From: Candidatus Micrarchaeota archaeon
GTDB taxonomy: Archaea > Micrarchaeota > Micrarchaeia > Norongarragalinales > UBA8480
DNA length: 64,000 nt
Assembly: GCA_021812145.1 (NCBI GenBank)
Contig: JAKAOM010000001.1
Location: forward strand, 21,898 to 85,897
Direction: 5' to 3'
Shown in pieces: positions 1-7,946 of this stretch (the stretch's first letter is position 1; each line of letters starts with the position of its first letter). A program made the position numbers and the translations under genes. Under the pieces are notes generated by a model, which was not told the DNA's origin, did no database searches, and saw nothing but the letters and a program-made list of their open reading frames with translations.

Positions 1-181
1 CCTTTTGCGTTGCCTGGTTTATTAGGTTTTCAACGTCGCTTTCGCTGTAATTTGCGCTATCCACTTTTTTCACCGTTTTAATGTTTCTGCTATTTCGTTT
101 TTTGTTATTTTCCCCTGTTAATCTTAAAAACCTGTTTGTTTTTAACTCTTTTCAGGAATTATTCTTCTGGGGTTTGTTTTA

Positions 182-700
182 ATGGATTTTGCTTACTGGC
201 TTGGATTTATTGTTTTTATTCTGCCCGCATATTTTGCCAATGCTTCGCCAGTTGTTTTTGGCGGAGGTAATGATGCAATTGATTTTGGTTTTGTTTTTGG
301 CGGGGAGAGGCTTTTCGGAAAGGGAAAAACTGTAAAGGGTTTTTTAAGCGGATTGCTGATTGGCTCTTTAGTTGGCTTGATAGTGGCTTTCTCTCCCTTT
401 TATCCTTTCACCGCTTCTGTTTTGATTAAATTTAAGATCGGTTTTCTTTTATCTTTAGGCGCTCTTATAGGGGATTTGTTCGGTAGTTTCGTTAAGAGGA
501 GATTTCATTTGAAGTCAGGTTCTCCAAGCTTTCTTTTGGACCAGCTTCCATTCGTTGTTTTCGCATTGTTTTTCGTTTACCCTTATTCTTTGTCCTTCAC
601 TGTTTTCGCATGGGCTTTTCTAATTATTTTATCCCTTCTTCTTCATGTTTTTTTCAACTGGCTTGCGAACAGAGTTGGCTTGAAAAGAGTTCCTTGGTGA
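182..700 (+). CDS. carS: CDP-archaeol synthase (CarS, DUF46 family)
   Basis: 172-aa polytopic membrane protein; motif ILPAYFANASPVVFGGG-DAIDFG---GGERLFGKGKTVKGF matches the conserved CarS N-terminal block (PxxxxNxxPVL-GGG-PIDFG...DGKT-RG). Confidence 0.65.
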   Translation: MDFAYWLGFIVFILPAYFANASPVVFGGGNDAIDFGFVFGGERLFGKGKTVKGFLSGLLIGSLVGLIVAFSPFYPFTASVLIKFKIGFLLSLGALIGDLFGSFVKRRFHLKSGSPSFLLDQLPFVVFALFFVYPYSLSFTVFAWAFLIILSLLLHVFFNWLANRVGLKRVPW

Positions 701-707
701 TTTTCAT

Positions 708-1160
708 TTGGAGTCAGGATACGCTGAGGATTTTGTAAAGTTTTTGGTTGTTTTTTTCGCTTTATTCGCTTTTATCCATTTACTTGACGTTTCGCTTCTA
801 ACTTCCTTCCTCGCCGGATTGGAGGGATTCCTTCTTTCATCCCTTGGATTCGCGACTGTTGTTTCTAACTCGCTTTTGACTGTTAATTCAATTTCCTTTC
901 TTGTAAGCGTTGACTGTTCCGGATTGGTTTTGATTGTTTTGCTTTTCTCTCTGTTTGTTTCAACCGGCGTTGGCAGCGTGAGGAATTTTGTTTTTTTCTC
1001 TGCTCTACTATTCCTTTTCAACATTGCCAGGCTTCTTTTGACCATTGAAGTGGGTGGTGTTTTCGGCTTTGGAGTTATGGAGGCAACGCATATCTTTTTG
1101 TGGTTTGTTGATTCAGGAGTGGTTTTTGCAATCTGGCTGTGCGTCGGAGGGTTTATTTGA
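708..1160 (+). CDS. small polytopic membrane protein, possibly exosortase/archaeosortase-like (CSG motif)
   Basis: 150 aa, 4-5 TM helices; contains VDCSGL (CxG-S motif resembling the exosortase/archaeosortase catalytic Cys block) and a later conserved Arg (IARLL). Preferred over the antisense KE-rich ORF 704..1045. Confidence 0.3.
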   Translation: MESGYAEDFVKFLVVFFALFAFIHLLDVSLLTSFLAGLEGFLLSSLGFATVVSNSLLTVNSISFLVSVDCSGLVLIVLLFSLFVSTGVGSVRNFVFFSALLFLFNIARLLLTIEVGGVFGFGVMEATHIFLWFVDSGVVFAIWLCVGGFI

Positions 1161-1256
1161 TCTTTTGGCTATTACCACAAACTAAATGCTTTAATTAGAA
1201 TTCTACCCAATTTTTAAATAGAAATAAGTGTTTTTTATGGGAATGTTTTAATTTCT

Positions 1257-1466
1257 TTGAGCGACGCTGACGAGTCATTGTTAAGGCGCATTGCAAGGGA
1301 AAAATTTCAGGGCAAAAAGGGATCTTTAAGCGGAGTGGTAAGCGAGGCTATAAAAAATTTAAATGAAAATAAGAACGTTTCAAAGGAAGCTTTCTTAATT
1401 TTGCTTGACAAGGGAATTAAAGGCGATTATAAGATGTACAAGAAAAGAAGTGAGTTGTATGACTAA
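1257..1466 (+). CDS. antitoxin (VapB-like) of VapBC pair
   Basis: 69-aa charged protein whose 3' end overlaps the start of the downstream PIN-domain gene by 8 nt (ATGACTAA). Confidence 0.5.
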   Translation: MSDADESLLRRIAREKFQGKKGSLSGVVSEAIKNLNENKNVSKEAFLILLDKGIKGDYKMYKKRSELYD

Positions 1467-1881
1467 AATTCTTGTTGACACGAATATTTTGATTTATTCT
1501 GTTTTAGAAAGTGATGAGAAAAAGCACAGGATTGCTAATGATATTGTCAAAGACCTTGTTCGGTCGGAAGAGTTTGTTTTAAGTTCTCAGAATCTGGCTG
1601 AGTTTTGCCGGGTTTTATTGGAAAAAAACAAGCCTCGTGTTGAAAGTTTCGAACTCAGGAATTTGGTGCTTGGTTTTTTGCGTTTTTCTTCTTTTATTTC
1701 TTATTCTGAAATGACCGTTTTGGAAGCATTGTCTAGTTGTGACGAGTACAAAGTTAATTTTTTTGATGCTTTGCTAATAGCTTCTATGAAGGAGAATGGA
1801 ATTGTTAATATAATGACAGAGAATGTTTCTGATTTTTCCAGGGTTCCTTGGCTGAAAGTTATAAACCCTTTTGAAAACTAA
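1459..1881 (+). CDS. vapC: PIN-domain toxin VapC
   Basis: MTKILVDTNILIYS... N-terminal PIN signature (D-T-N acidic quartet start); probable true start at MTKIL within ORF 1405..1881. Confidence 0.65.
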   Translation: MTKILVDTNILIYSVLESDEKKHRIANDIVKDLVRSEEFVLSSQNLAEFCRVLLEKNKPRVESFELRNLVLGFLRFSSFISYSEMTVLEALSSCDEYKVNFFDALLIASMKENGIVNIMTENVSDFSRVPWLKVINPFEN

Positions 1882-1921
1882 TTGGAAATGTTTTTATTAG
1901 CTTTCTTCTTACTTTTTAAGC

Positions 1922-3985
1922 ATGCCTCAGCCTAGCGTAAGGAAAGACTGGTTTTTCAGATTCACTGCCTTTTCGTACAAGAATTTCAAGTCTATGGCTA
2001 AGAACGCTGTTTTAACTCCTGAGCAGAAGGAGCTTTTTGAGTTCATGGATTACCGTTTCACTGCCGAGCAGTTCAGGGCGGGCGAGATTGGGGCGATGTT
2101 CGTTGGCTTGATTTTAATGTTTCTAGTGGCAATGGTTGCCATCATATTATTTCAGGGGGATTTAACTAACCCCCTTCTTTTGATTTCAATTCTTATTTCA
2201 GTTATGTTTCCTTTCGTGTTGTTTCTTTTTTATTCAGCCTATCCTGGAATGCAGGCTAAGAAAGAGCAGACTCTTGCAATCGGTTACGCTCCCAGTATTG
2301 TTAACTATCTTGTTATGAGCATGAGGTTGACTCCTAACCTTGAGAAGGCGGTTGAGTTTGCGGCAGAGCACGGTAAGGGAAAGATTGCCGAGGATTTGAA
2401 GAAGGTTATTTGGAACGTTCAAATTGGGGTTTACAATAGTGTGGAGGAGGGTTTGGACAAACTTGCCTATGACTGGGGAAAGTACAACGAGGATTTCAAG
2501 CAGGCTTTGATGCTTATTAGAGCCAGCGTTATTGAAACTGACACTGCTAAGAGAGAGGCGATGCTTGAGAAGGCGGTCAGCGATGTTTTGGAGGGAAGCA
2601 AGGAGAAGATGGACCTGTACGCCAGGGCTTTGCACCAGCCTACAGTCTACCTTTACTATTTTGGAGTGCTGCTTCCCTTGATGCTTGCGATTATAATTCC
2701 TATAGCTGCGTCTATGGGAGGAGGAGGTTTGATGTCTAACCCACTTGTTATTGCTTTGATCTACACTGTCTTCATTCCTGCTGGCTTGCTTATCTACGGT
2801 TCAAATATTATAGGAACAAGGCCTCCCACTTACATACCTCCGAACATTCCTAAAAACTTTCCAGGGCTTCCTAAAAAGGGCTATGTTAAAATTTCAAAGT
2901 TTAGCGTTCCCTACTTTATTTTGGCGGCAGTGGTTTTCGTGGGCGTGATTTTAGCTGGCTTCACTTTTGACTATCAAATCAGCGTTGCAAGCATAAACCC
3001 TAACATTCAAAATGTAACCGCCGCCATTGCTGCTACTCCCCATGTTCAGGTGTTTAACCTTCCCCCTCAGCAGTTTTTCCTAGGGGTTATTTCAATTCTT
3101 TCCATTTTGGTTGCCATTTCCCTTTCAACATCCATAATTCTTTTCGGTATGTTTTATAACCGGAAAAAGATTCAGGACCAGATTAGAAGCATGGAGTTCG
3201 AGTTCAAGGACGCTATGTATGTGATTGCTTCAAGGCTAGGGGAGAATAGGCCTATCGAGGAGGCGGTCAACAGCAGCATTCAATTTCTTCCCAAGAGTCT
3301 TATTGCGAAAAATGTTTTTCAGAAGATTCTCGACAACATTACCAGCATGGGTTTGACTTTGGATGAGGCTATTTTCAACCCGAATTTTGGGGCTTTGAAG
3401 AGTCTGCCTTCAGATGTTTTGCAGAGTGGTTTGAAGATCATGGTTGACTCTGTAAGTCTTGGGACTAACGTGGCTTCTAAGAGTTTGATTGGGCTTGCAG
3501 TTCAGTTGAGGAACAGCGAGAAGATTGACACTATGTTAAGGCAATTGCTGGAGGATGTGACGAGCATGCTTGGAACTGTAAGCACTTACATAGCTCCAGT
3601 GGTTATCGGAGTGGTGGCTTCTCTTCAGCAGGTGGTTTCTTCAAGTTTTGCCAACAGCTGCTCTTCTTCAACGTTGAATTCTTCAGCCACTCAAACCACA
3701 ACCACTTCTAATTTAGGGCCGCTTAGCTCAATGGGTTCAAGCAATTTTGGCAATTTTCTATGCCCTTCAGGAAAGGCTGCTCCTTCTCTAAGTCCTGCTT
3801 TTTTCATTTTGATTATGGGAGTTTATGTTATTGAAGCCGCGGTTATTCTAACTTACTTCAACTCCCAGATTGAAGATTCAAATAATCCTCTGCATTCCTG
3901 GATGAGCATTGCTAGAGCTCTTCCCATAGCCACGCTAATTTTTGCTGCTGTAGCCTACTTCTCAATAGCTGCGGTGGCTCACTGA
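1922..3985 (+). CDS. FlaJ/TadC-like type IV pilus/archaellum membrane platform protein (two T2SS-F domains)
   Basis: 687 aa; two cytoplasmic helical T2SSF-like domains (…AVEFAAEHGKGKIAEDLKKVIWNVQIGV…; …FEFKDAMYVIASRLGENRPIEEAVNSS…) each followed by TM bundles; Ser/Thr-rich C-terminal region. Confidence 0.6.
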   Translation: MPQPSVRKDWFFRFTAFSYKNFKSMAKNAVLTPEQKELFEFMDYRFTAEQFRAGEIGAMFVGLILMFLVAMVAIILFQGDLTNPLLLISILISVMFPFVLFLFYSAYPGMQAKKEQTLAIGYAPSIVNYLVMSMRLTPNLEKAVEFAAEHGKGKIAEDLKKVIWNVQIGVYNSVEEGLDKLAYDWGKYNEDFKQALMLIRASVIETDTAKREAMLEKAVSDVLEGSKEKMDLYARALHQPTVYLYYFGVLLPLMLAIIIPIAASMGGGGLMSNPLVIALIYTVFIPAGLLIYGSNIIGTRPPTYIPPNIPKNFPGLPKKGYVKISKFSVPYFILAAVVFVGVILAGFTFDYQISVASINPNIQNVTAAIAATPHVQVFNLPPQQFFLGVISILSILVAISLSTSIILFGMFYNRKKIQDQIRSMEFEFKDAMYVIASRLGENRPIEEAVNSSIQFLPKSLIAKNVFQKILDNITSMGLTLDEAIFNPNFGALKSLPSDVLQSGLKIMVDSVSLGTNVASKSLIGLAVQLRNSEKIDTMLRQLLEDVTSMLGTVSTYIAPVVIGVVASLQQVVSSSFANSCSSSTLNSSATQTTTTSNLGPLSSMGSSNFGNFLCPSGKAAPSLSPAFFILIMGVYVIEAAVILTYFNSQIEDSNNPLHSWMSIARALPIATLIFAAVAYFSIAAVAH

Positions 3986-4053
3986 ATTTTTGACTGTTTC
4001 TTCTGCATTTTTTTAAGAGAGGTATTTTTAATTTGTTTGTTTATTTTTTAATT

Positions 4054-4191
4054 ATGCGAGGTAGTTCCTTGATTTTTGAGGTTGTCAAAATAGTTATAGG
4101 TTTGATTGTGGCTATGGCTATTTTATATGTTTTAATGCAGGTTTTGGGGGTGGCTGGAGGTTATTTTAAGTTGTTTGGGTTGCCGGTTTGA
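4054..4191 (+). CDS. small membrane protein (45 aa), not in ORF track
   Basis: ATG…TGA, MRGSSLIFEVVKIVIGLIVAMAILYVLMQVLGVAGGYFKLFGLPV; single TM; between platform gene and first pilin. Confidence 0.25.
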   Translation: MRGSSLIFEVVKIVIGLIVAMAILYVLMQVLGVAGGYFKLFGLPV

Positions 4192-4267
4192 TTTTGTTAT
4201 TTTTTTAATTTTGGTTATAAGAAAGGTTTAAAAAATCTTTTGTCGTAAGGTTAAATTGGTGATTTTT

Positions 4268-4810
4268 ATGCAGAGGGGTCAGGCTTTTGAAACTATCATG
4301 ATGGTTATCGCGGTTATAGTTGCTCTTGCAATTCTTGGGTTTTTGACTGGAATTTTAGGCAATCTTAGCAGTATGTTCAACCCTTCTGACCCTGGCAAGA
4401 CCATGACTAGCGCGTTACAGGGAATTGCTGGAAGTTATAGTTCTGGAACCGCCCCTCAAGTTTTGAGTTTCAATGTTGCTGGCCAGAGTTTCGACACCGC
4501 TGGTTTGACTCAAAGCACGTCGCTTTCATCTTATAACGTTTACTTTGTTTGTTCTAGCACTGTTCCAAAAGGGGCTATTTCAATCAGTTCCTTAGGTAGT
4601 GGTTCAACCGCTTTGCAAAAAATGACGATAAATCAAAAAGTAAGTCTTGAAATGGTTGCTTGTGGTAACCCTTCACTTAATGGTAAAGGACCTTACTACG
4701 TAATTGCGTTGGGAGGCAATGGTGATACTGCAGGTACTTCTAACGCTTGTTATAATGCGTTTACTAACAACCCTACTTTTGGTACTGCGCCAACAAGTAA
4801 CTGTCAGTGA
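4268..4810 (+). CDS. prepilin-like protein with class III (type IV pilin-like) signal peptide
   Basis: MQRGQAFETIMMVIAVIVALAILGF: K/R-G-Q followed by acidic residue and hydrophobic helix; Ser/Thr/Gly-rich body with Cys pairs. Confidence 0.55.
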   Translation: MQRGQAFETIMMVIAVIVALAILGFLTGILGNLSSMFNPSDPGKTMTSALQGIAGSYSSGTAPQVLSFNVAGQSFDTAGLTQSTSLSSYNVYFVCSSTVPKGAISISSLGSGSTALQKMTINQKVSLEMVACGNPSLNGKGPYYVIALGGNGDTAGTSNACYNAFTNNPTFGTAPTSNCQ

Positions 4811-4816
4811 TATTTT

Positions 4817-5086
4817 GTGAAAGGAAGCGAGTGGACTCCAATATACCTGATGATTGTTTTAATCATAGCAGCGATTCTTTTGGTTGAAGTGGTGAAGCCT
4901 GTTATGAAGCAGGCCGCTTCAAGCGCTTCCTCCAACCTGCAGCAGTCAAGCAATCTTATTGGAGGGTTTTCGCTTTTTTCCGTTGATTTTAAAAAACTGA
5001 AGCGTTTTTTAAGCGGTAAGCTTTCTGTTTTTCATTTAAGGATTTTGTCTGTTTGGGCGAAAGCAATTAAACCTTTTTCAATTTAA
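4817..5086 (+). CDS. small membrane protein in pilin cluster (possible minor pilin)
   Basis: MKGSEWTPIYLMIVLIIAAILL N-terminal KG-S-E then hydrophobic helix. Confidence 0.3.
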   Translation: MKGSEWTPIYLMIVLIIAAILLVEVVKPVMKQAASSASSNLQQSSNLIGGFSLFSVDFKKLKRFLSGKLSVFHLRILSVWAKAIKPFSI

Positions 5087-5090
5087 ATGG

Positions 5091-5798
5091 TTGATTGGTG
5101 TTTTTGTTGCTTTGAGGAAATCTCAGGAGAGCGCTCCTATTGAGCTTGTAATCGCGGTTATTATCATGGTAATGAGCATCACGCTCGCGTTTACTGTTTG
5201 GAACAGCATTCAGACCAACCAATGTCTGAATCAGATTCAGAGCGAAATGATGACTGTTGAGAATGCGGTTGTTGACGTTTCTCTTGGATCGCCTCCCACC
5301 CAGAGGGTTTTGTCTTTGAGTTTTCCTGTCTGCGGGAGCTATAATATTCAGGCTATACGTTTTGCTTACTACGGTAGTCCTAGCTATTGTGGAGGGTGCC
5401 CTTCATCAAGTTCGGGTTGCTGGAAGATAGAGCCTTTAAGCTTTAATCCAAGCGCTTCCATGCCTTTCACTACTGTTAGCCAGGCTTCTGTTTGCATCAA
5501 CGTTCCCGCATCTATTGATTTTGTTTCTGAATCAAGTTCTTCTTGTAATTATAATTCTAATATTGATAGTAATTCAACTAATGGCTGCCCTTCATCTTCC
5601 ACCTTTTCTCAATTGAGCAGACTTACTTTCAGTAGTCCTTTGGGTTGCGAAGAACCTTCATCTGGAACTAACGGGTTGAATTTTTATTACGCCACCATTA
5701 GCAAGGGAGGTCAAAGTCAGTACAATTTGATTTTGTCGAAGGGTTACGCCACTGCCGGTGGCAGCGTTGAAATCAGCATGTGCCTTGAGGGAAAGTAG
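5091..5798 (+). CDS. prepilin-like protein, Cys-rich
   Basis: LRKSQESAPIELVIAVIIMVMSITLAF N-terminus (basic-S-Q…E then hydrophobic helix); 12+ Cys in secreted body. Confidence 0.5.
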   Translation: MIGVFVALRKSQESAPIELVIAVIIMVMSITLAFTVWNSIQTNQCLNQIQSEMMTVENAVVDVSLGSPPTQRVLSLSFPVCGSYNIQAIRFAYYGSPSYCGGCPSSSSGCWKIEPLSFNPSASMPFTTVSQASVCINVPASIDFVSESSSSCNYNSNIDSNSTNGCPSSSTFSQLSRLTFSSPLGCEEPSSGTNGLNFYYATISKGGQSQYNLILSKGYATAGGSVEISMCLEGK

Positions 5799-5850
5799 CT
5801 CTTGTTTTTTTCAAATAGTTTTTTTAATCATTGCGTTTAATTTTATTGGC

Positions 5851-6501
5851 GTGAGGAAATCTCAGATTGAATTGTGGATGCTTAGCAAGTTCGCCATTCT
5901 TTTTTTTATTCTAGCGCTTGCGATTTTTCTTTTCACTGTGAGCCAGAGCGAAAAGTCGGGTTTATGCTCTGTCGAGGCGGGTTCTCAAGCACAGATCATT
6001 TCAAATTCTATAAGCAACGTTTTGAATAATCCTATTGAGGACCAGCAGTTGGTGGTGAAACTTCCCTCAGCCATAACCCTTGGCAGTGGTCTGAGCGCTT
6101 ACCTAGTTAACATAACTTACACTAACCAGTCGGCGGGCCCTTCTCTGATTGCAGTTCAAGCCTTTTCAAATACCGGCAATTGTGTTTCTAACCCTCAGAC
6201 TGTTTCGTTTTCTTCTAACGTTAATGTTAATTTTATCGACGTTAATGGAGATAATTTACCTCTTTCGCCTGTTAAAAATACTAATATTAATCAAATGGTT
6301 TTGTCTGCAAACCCGTCTTTTGTTTCTCTTCCAAACCAGTTTTTCTTGCTTGTGATTAAATGCACTTCTAAGTCAAAACCTACCTTGCCGCCTTATCTTT
6401 TTGTAATTACTTGTGTTCAAACTAAGCTTTCTCTTTGCTCTGGGTATGGTATTTATAATACTAATAATCTTTTAATAAATAAGGCTTGCGGTTTTAGTTG
6501 A
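5851..6501 (+). CDS. prepilin-like protein (probable GTG or downstream ATG start)
   Basis: same nucleotide motif gaggaaatctcag (RKSQ) as the preceding pilin start, then IELWMLSKFAILFFILALAIFLF hydrophobic helix; ORF track start 5758 overlaps the upstream gene. Confidence 0.45.
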   Translation: MRKSQIELWMLSKFAILFFILALAIFLFTVSQSEKSGLCSVEAGSQAQIISNSISNVLNNPIEDQQLVVKLPSAITLGSGLSAYLVNITYTNQSAGPSLIAVQAFSNTGNCVSNPQTVSFSSNVNVNFIDVNGDNLPLSPVKNTNINQMVLSANPSFVSLPNQFFLLVIKCTSKSKPTLPPYLFVITCVQTKLSLCSGYGIYNTNNLLINKACGFS

Positions 6502-7187
6502 AAGAGGTTGATTTGTTTTTTTTGAAAGGTTTTATTGGCCCCTTGGGTGACGACATCCCTGGTGTTTTTCCTATTGTTTTGGGTATTGTTTTGTTTGTTT
6601 CAAGCCTGCTTTACGCTAACGGTCAAGTGCAGAACGCTAATAATCAGATGAATTTGAGGAGTGCGGGTTTGAGTTTGGCTTATGTTGTCAGTCAAAACCC
6701 TTACCTTACTGCCGGAAGTTTTAATTTGGATTGCGCGAACGCGTGGCAGCCTTTAGGCAAAAACTTAAATTTGAAGTTTATCATTGTTGTTAAATCCTAT
6801 TGTCAGTATGGATTGAATTTTTCGCTTAACCCTTTCATCTCCTGCCAAGACCCTACATTGTTGGCTTCAAATTCTCCTTCTTCCCCTGCTAACTATATAG
6901 GCGGTTCTTTAAATCATAATTATCTTAACTATTATACTTGCTGGTCAAATGATACTGCAACTTCAAGTATCCTGGATAACGTAACTAGCTATACTTATTC
7001 AAATCTAATTAACAGTTTGCCTTCGAACGCGGTTATTCTAAGTTTTCCAATAGCTGTTAACTGCCCTACCACTTCTTCCCTAACAACAAACTACGCCTCC
7101 TCCAATTCGAATAATATGTGCGATTATTCTTACGGGGGGTCAATGACTTACGGTGTTGGAACTTTGAATATAATGGTGTGGCAGTAG
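6498..7187 (+). CDS. pilus-cluster secreted/membrane protein
   Basis: N-terminal hydrophobic segment (FPIVLGIVLFVSSLL), Asn/Ser/Thr-rich body with Cys; 4-nt overlap with upstream gene. Confidence 0.35.
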   Translation: MKEVDLFFLKGFIGPLGDDIPGVFPIVLGIVLFVSSLLYANGQVQNANNQMNLRSAGLSLAYVVSQNPYLTAGSFNLDCANAWQPLGKNLNLKFIIVVKSYCQYGLNFSLNPFISCQDPTLLASNSPSSPANYIGGSLNHNYLNYYTCWSNDTATSSILDNVTSYTYSNLINSLPSNAVILSFPIAVNCPTTSSLTTNYASSNSNNMCDYSYGGSMTYGVGTLNIMVWQ

Positions 7188-7189
7188 AA

Positions 7190-7942
7190 ATGAAAGGACA
7201 GGCTGTTTTGTTTGACGCTATAATGTTTATGCTGTTATCCAGCGTTTCGGTTGCGATTATATTCTCTTTTCTTTCAACTTACGGCCAACAGGAGACCGCT
7301 GTTTTGCAGAGCGCGAATATCCTGAATTACATCCAGAGCATTGTAAAAGTTTCTTATTTTATTGACGCTTCCACCCTGTATAATGTTACTGGCCATTATG
7401 GAAGTTCTGGTGTTTCTTTAAATTGCAGTTATCTTCAGAATTTTTACGGTGTTAGCGTGGCTCAGCTTTTGAAGAAGGATTTGAGTGACGGGCAGTTTAA
7501 TAACATGTTTGGCAATTCCTCTCCTGCCCCGGGTAAGGAAGCGCTTAGGTGTTTGATGTTTCAGGTTATGCAGCCTTTTGTTTCCGCAGGGTATGATTAT
7601 CATATGGATATCATAAATTATTCGCTGGTTCAGTCTGGCTCGCTCAACAATATTTACCCCTCCCTAAACCCGAGTAATGGAAATACTATCGATTACCCCT
7701 TTTTTACTACTTTTAGCGTGGGTTACGCTCCTGATTTGACTCAGTTTGATTGTGGGCAGGCCACTGATTTTAATTGTTATAACGTTACCCAGACTTTAAA
7801 CTCAACCAGCATTATGACTGTAGGCACTCCTTTTTTTGTCACTTCATCTAATGGCAATACTAGTGAGTTTGTTATAAATCTTTGTGTTTGGAAGCAGCAG
7901 TATCGTTCAAGCAGTACTTGTGATTGGGTTCCAATGCATTGA
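7190..7942 (+). CDS. prepilin-like protein with class III signal peptide
   Basis: MKGQAVLFDAIMFMLLSSVSVAIIF: textbook KGQ-A…D + hydrophobic helix; start 2 nt after upstream stop. Confidence 0.55.
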   Translation: MKGQAVLFDAIMFMLLSSVSVAIIFSFLSTYGQQETAVLQSANILNYIQSIVKVSYFIDASTLYNVTGHYGSSGVSLNCSYLQNFYGVSVAQLLKKDLSDGQFNNMFGNSSPAPGKEALRCLMFQVMQPFVSAGYDYHMDIINYSLVQSGSLNNIYPSLNPSNGNTIDYPFFTTFSVGYAPDLTQFDCGQATDFNCYNVTQTLNSTSIMTVGTPFFVTSSNGNTSEFVINLCVWKQQYRSSSTCDWVPMH

Positions 7943-7946
7943 TTTT

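Noticed and set aside
704-1045. 113-aa minus-strand ORF overlapping the 708..1160 membrane-protein ORF
   Set aside because: Lys/Glu/Thr-rich low-complexity translation, typical of the antisense frame of T-rich membrane-protein codons; plus-strand frame gives coherent TM helices
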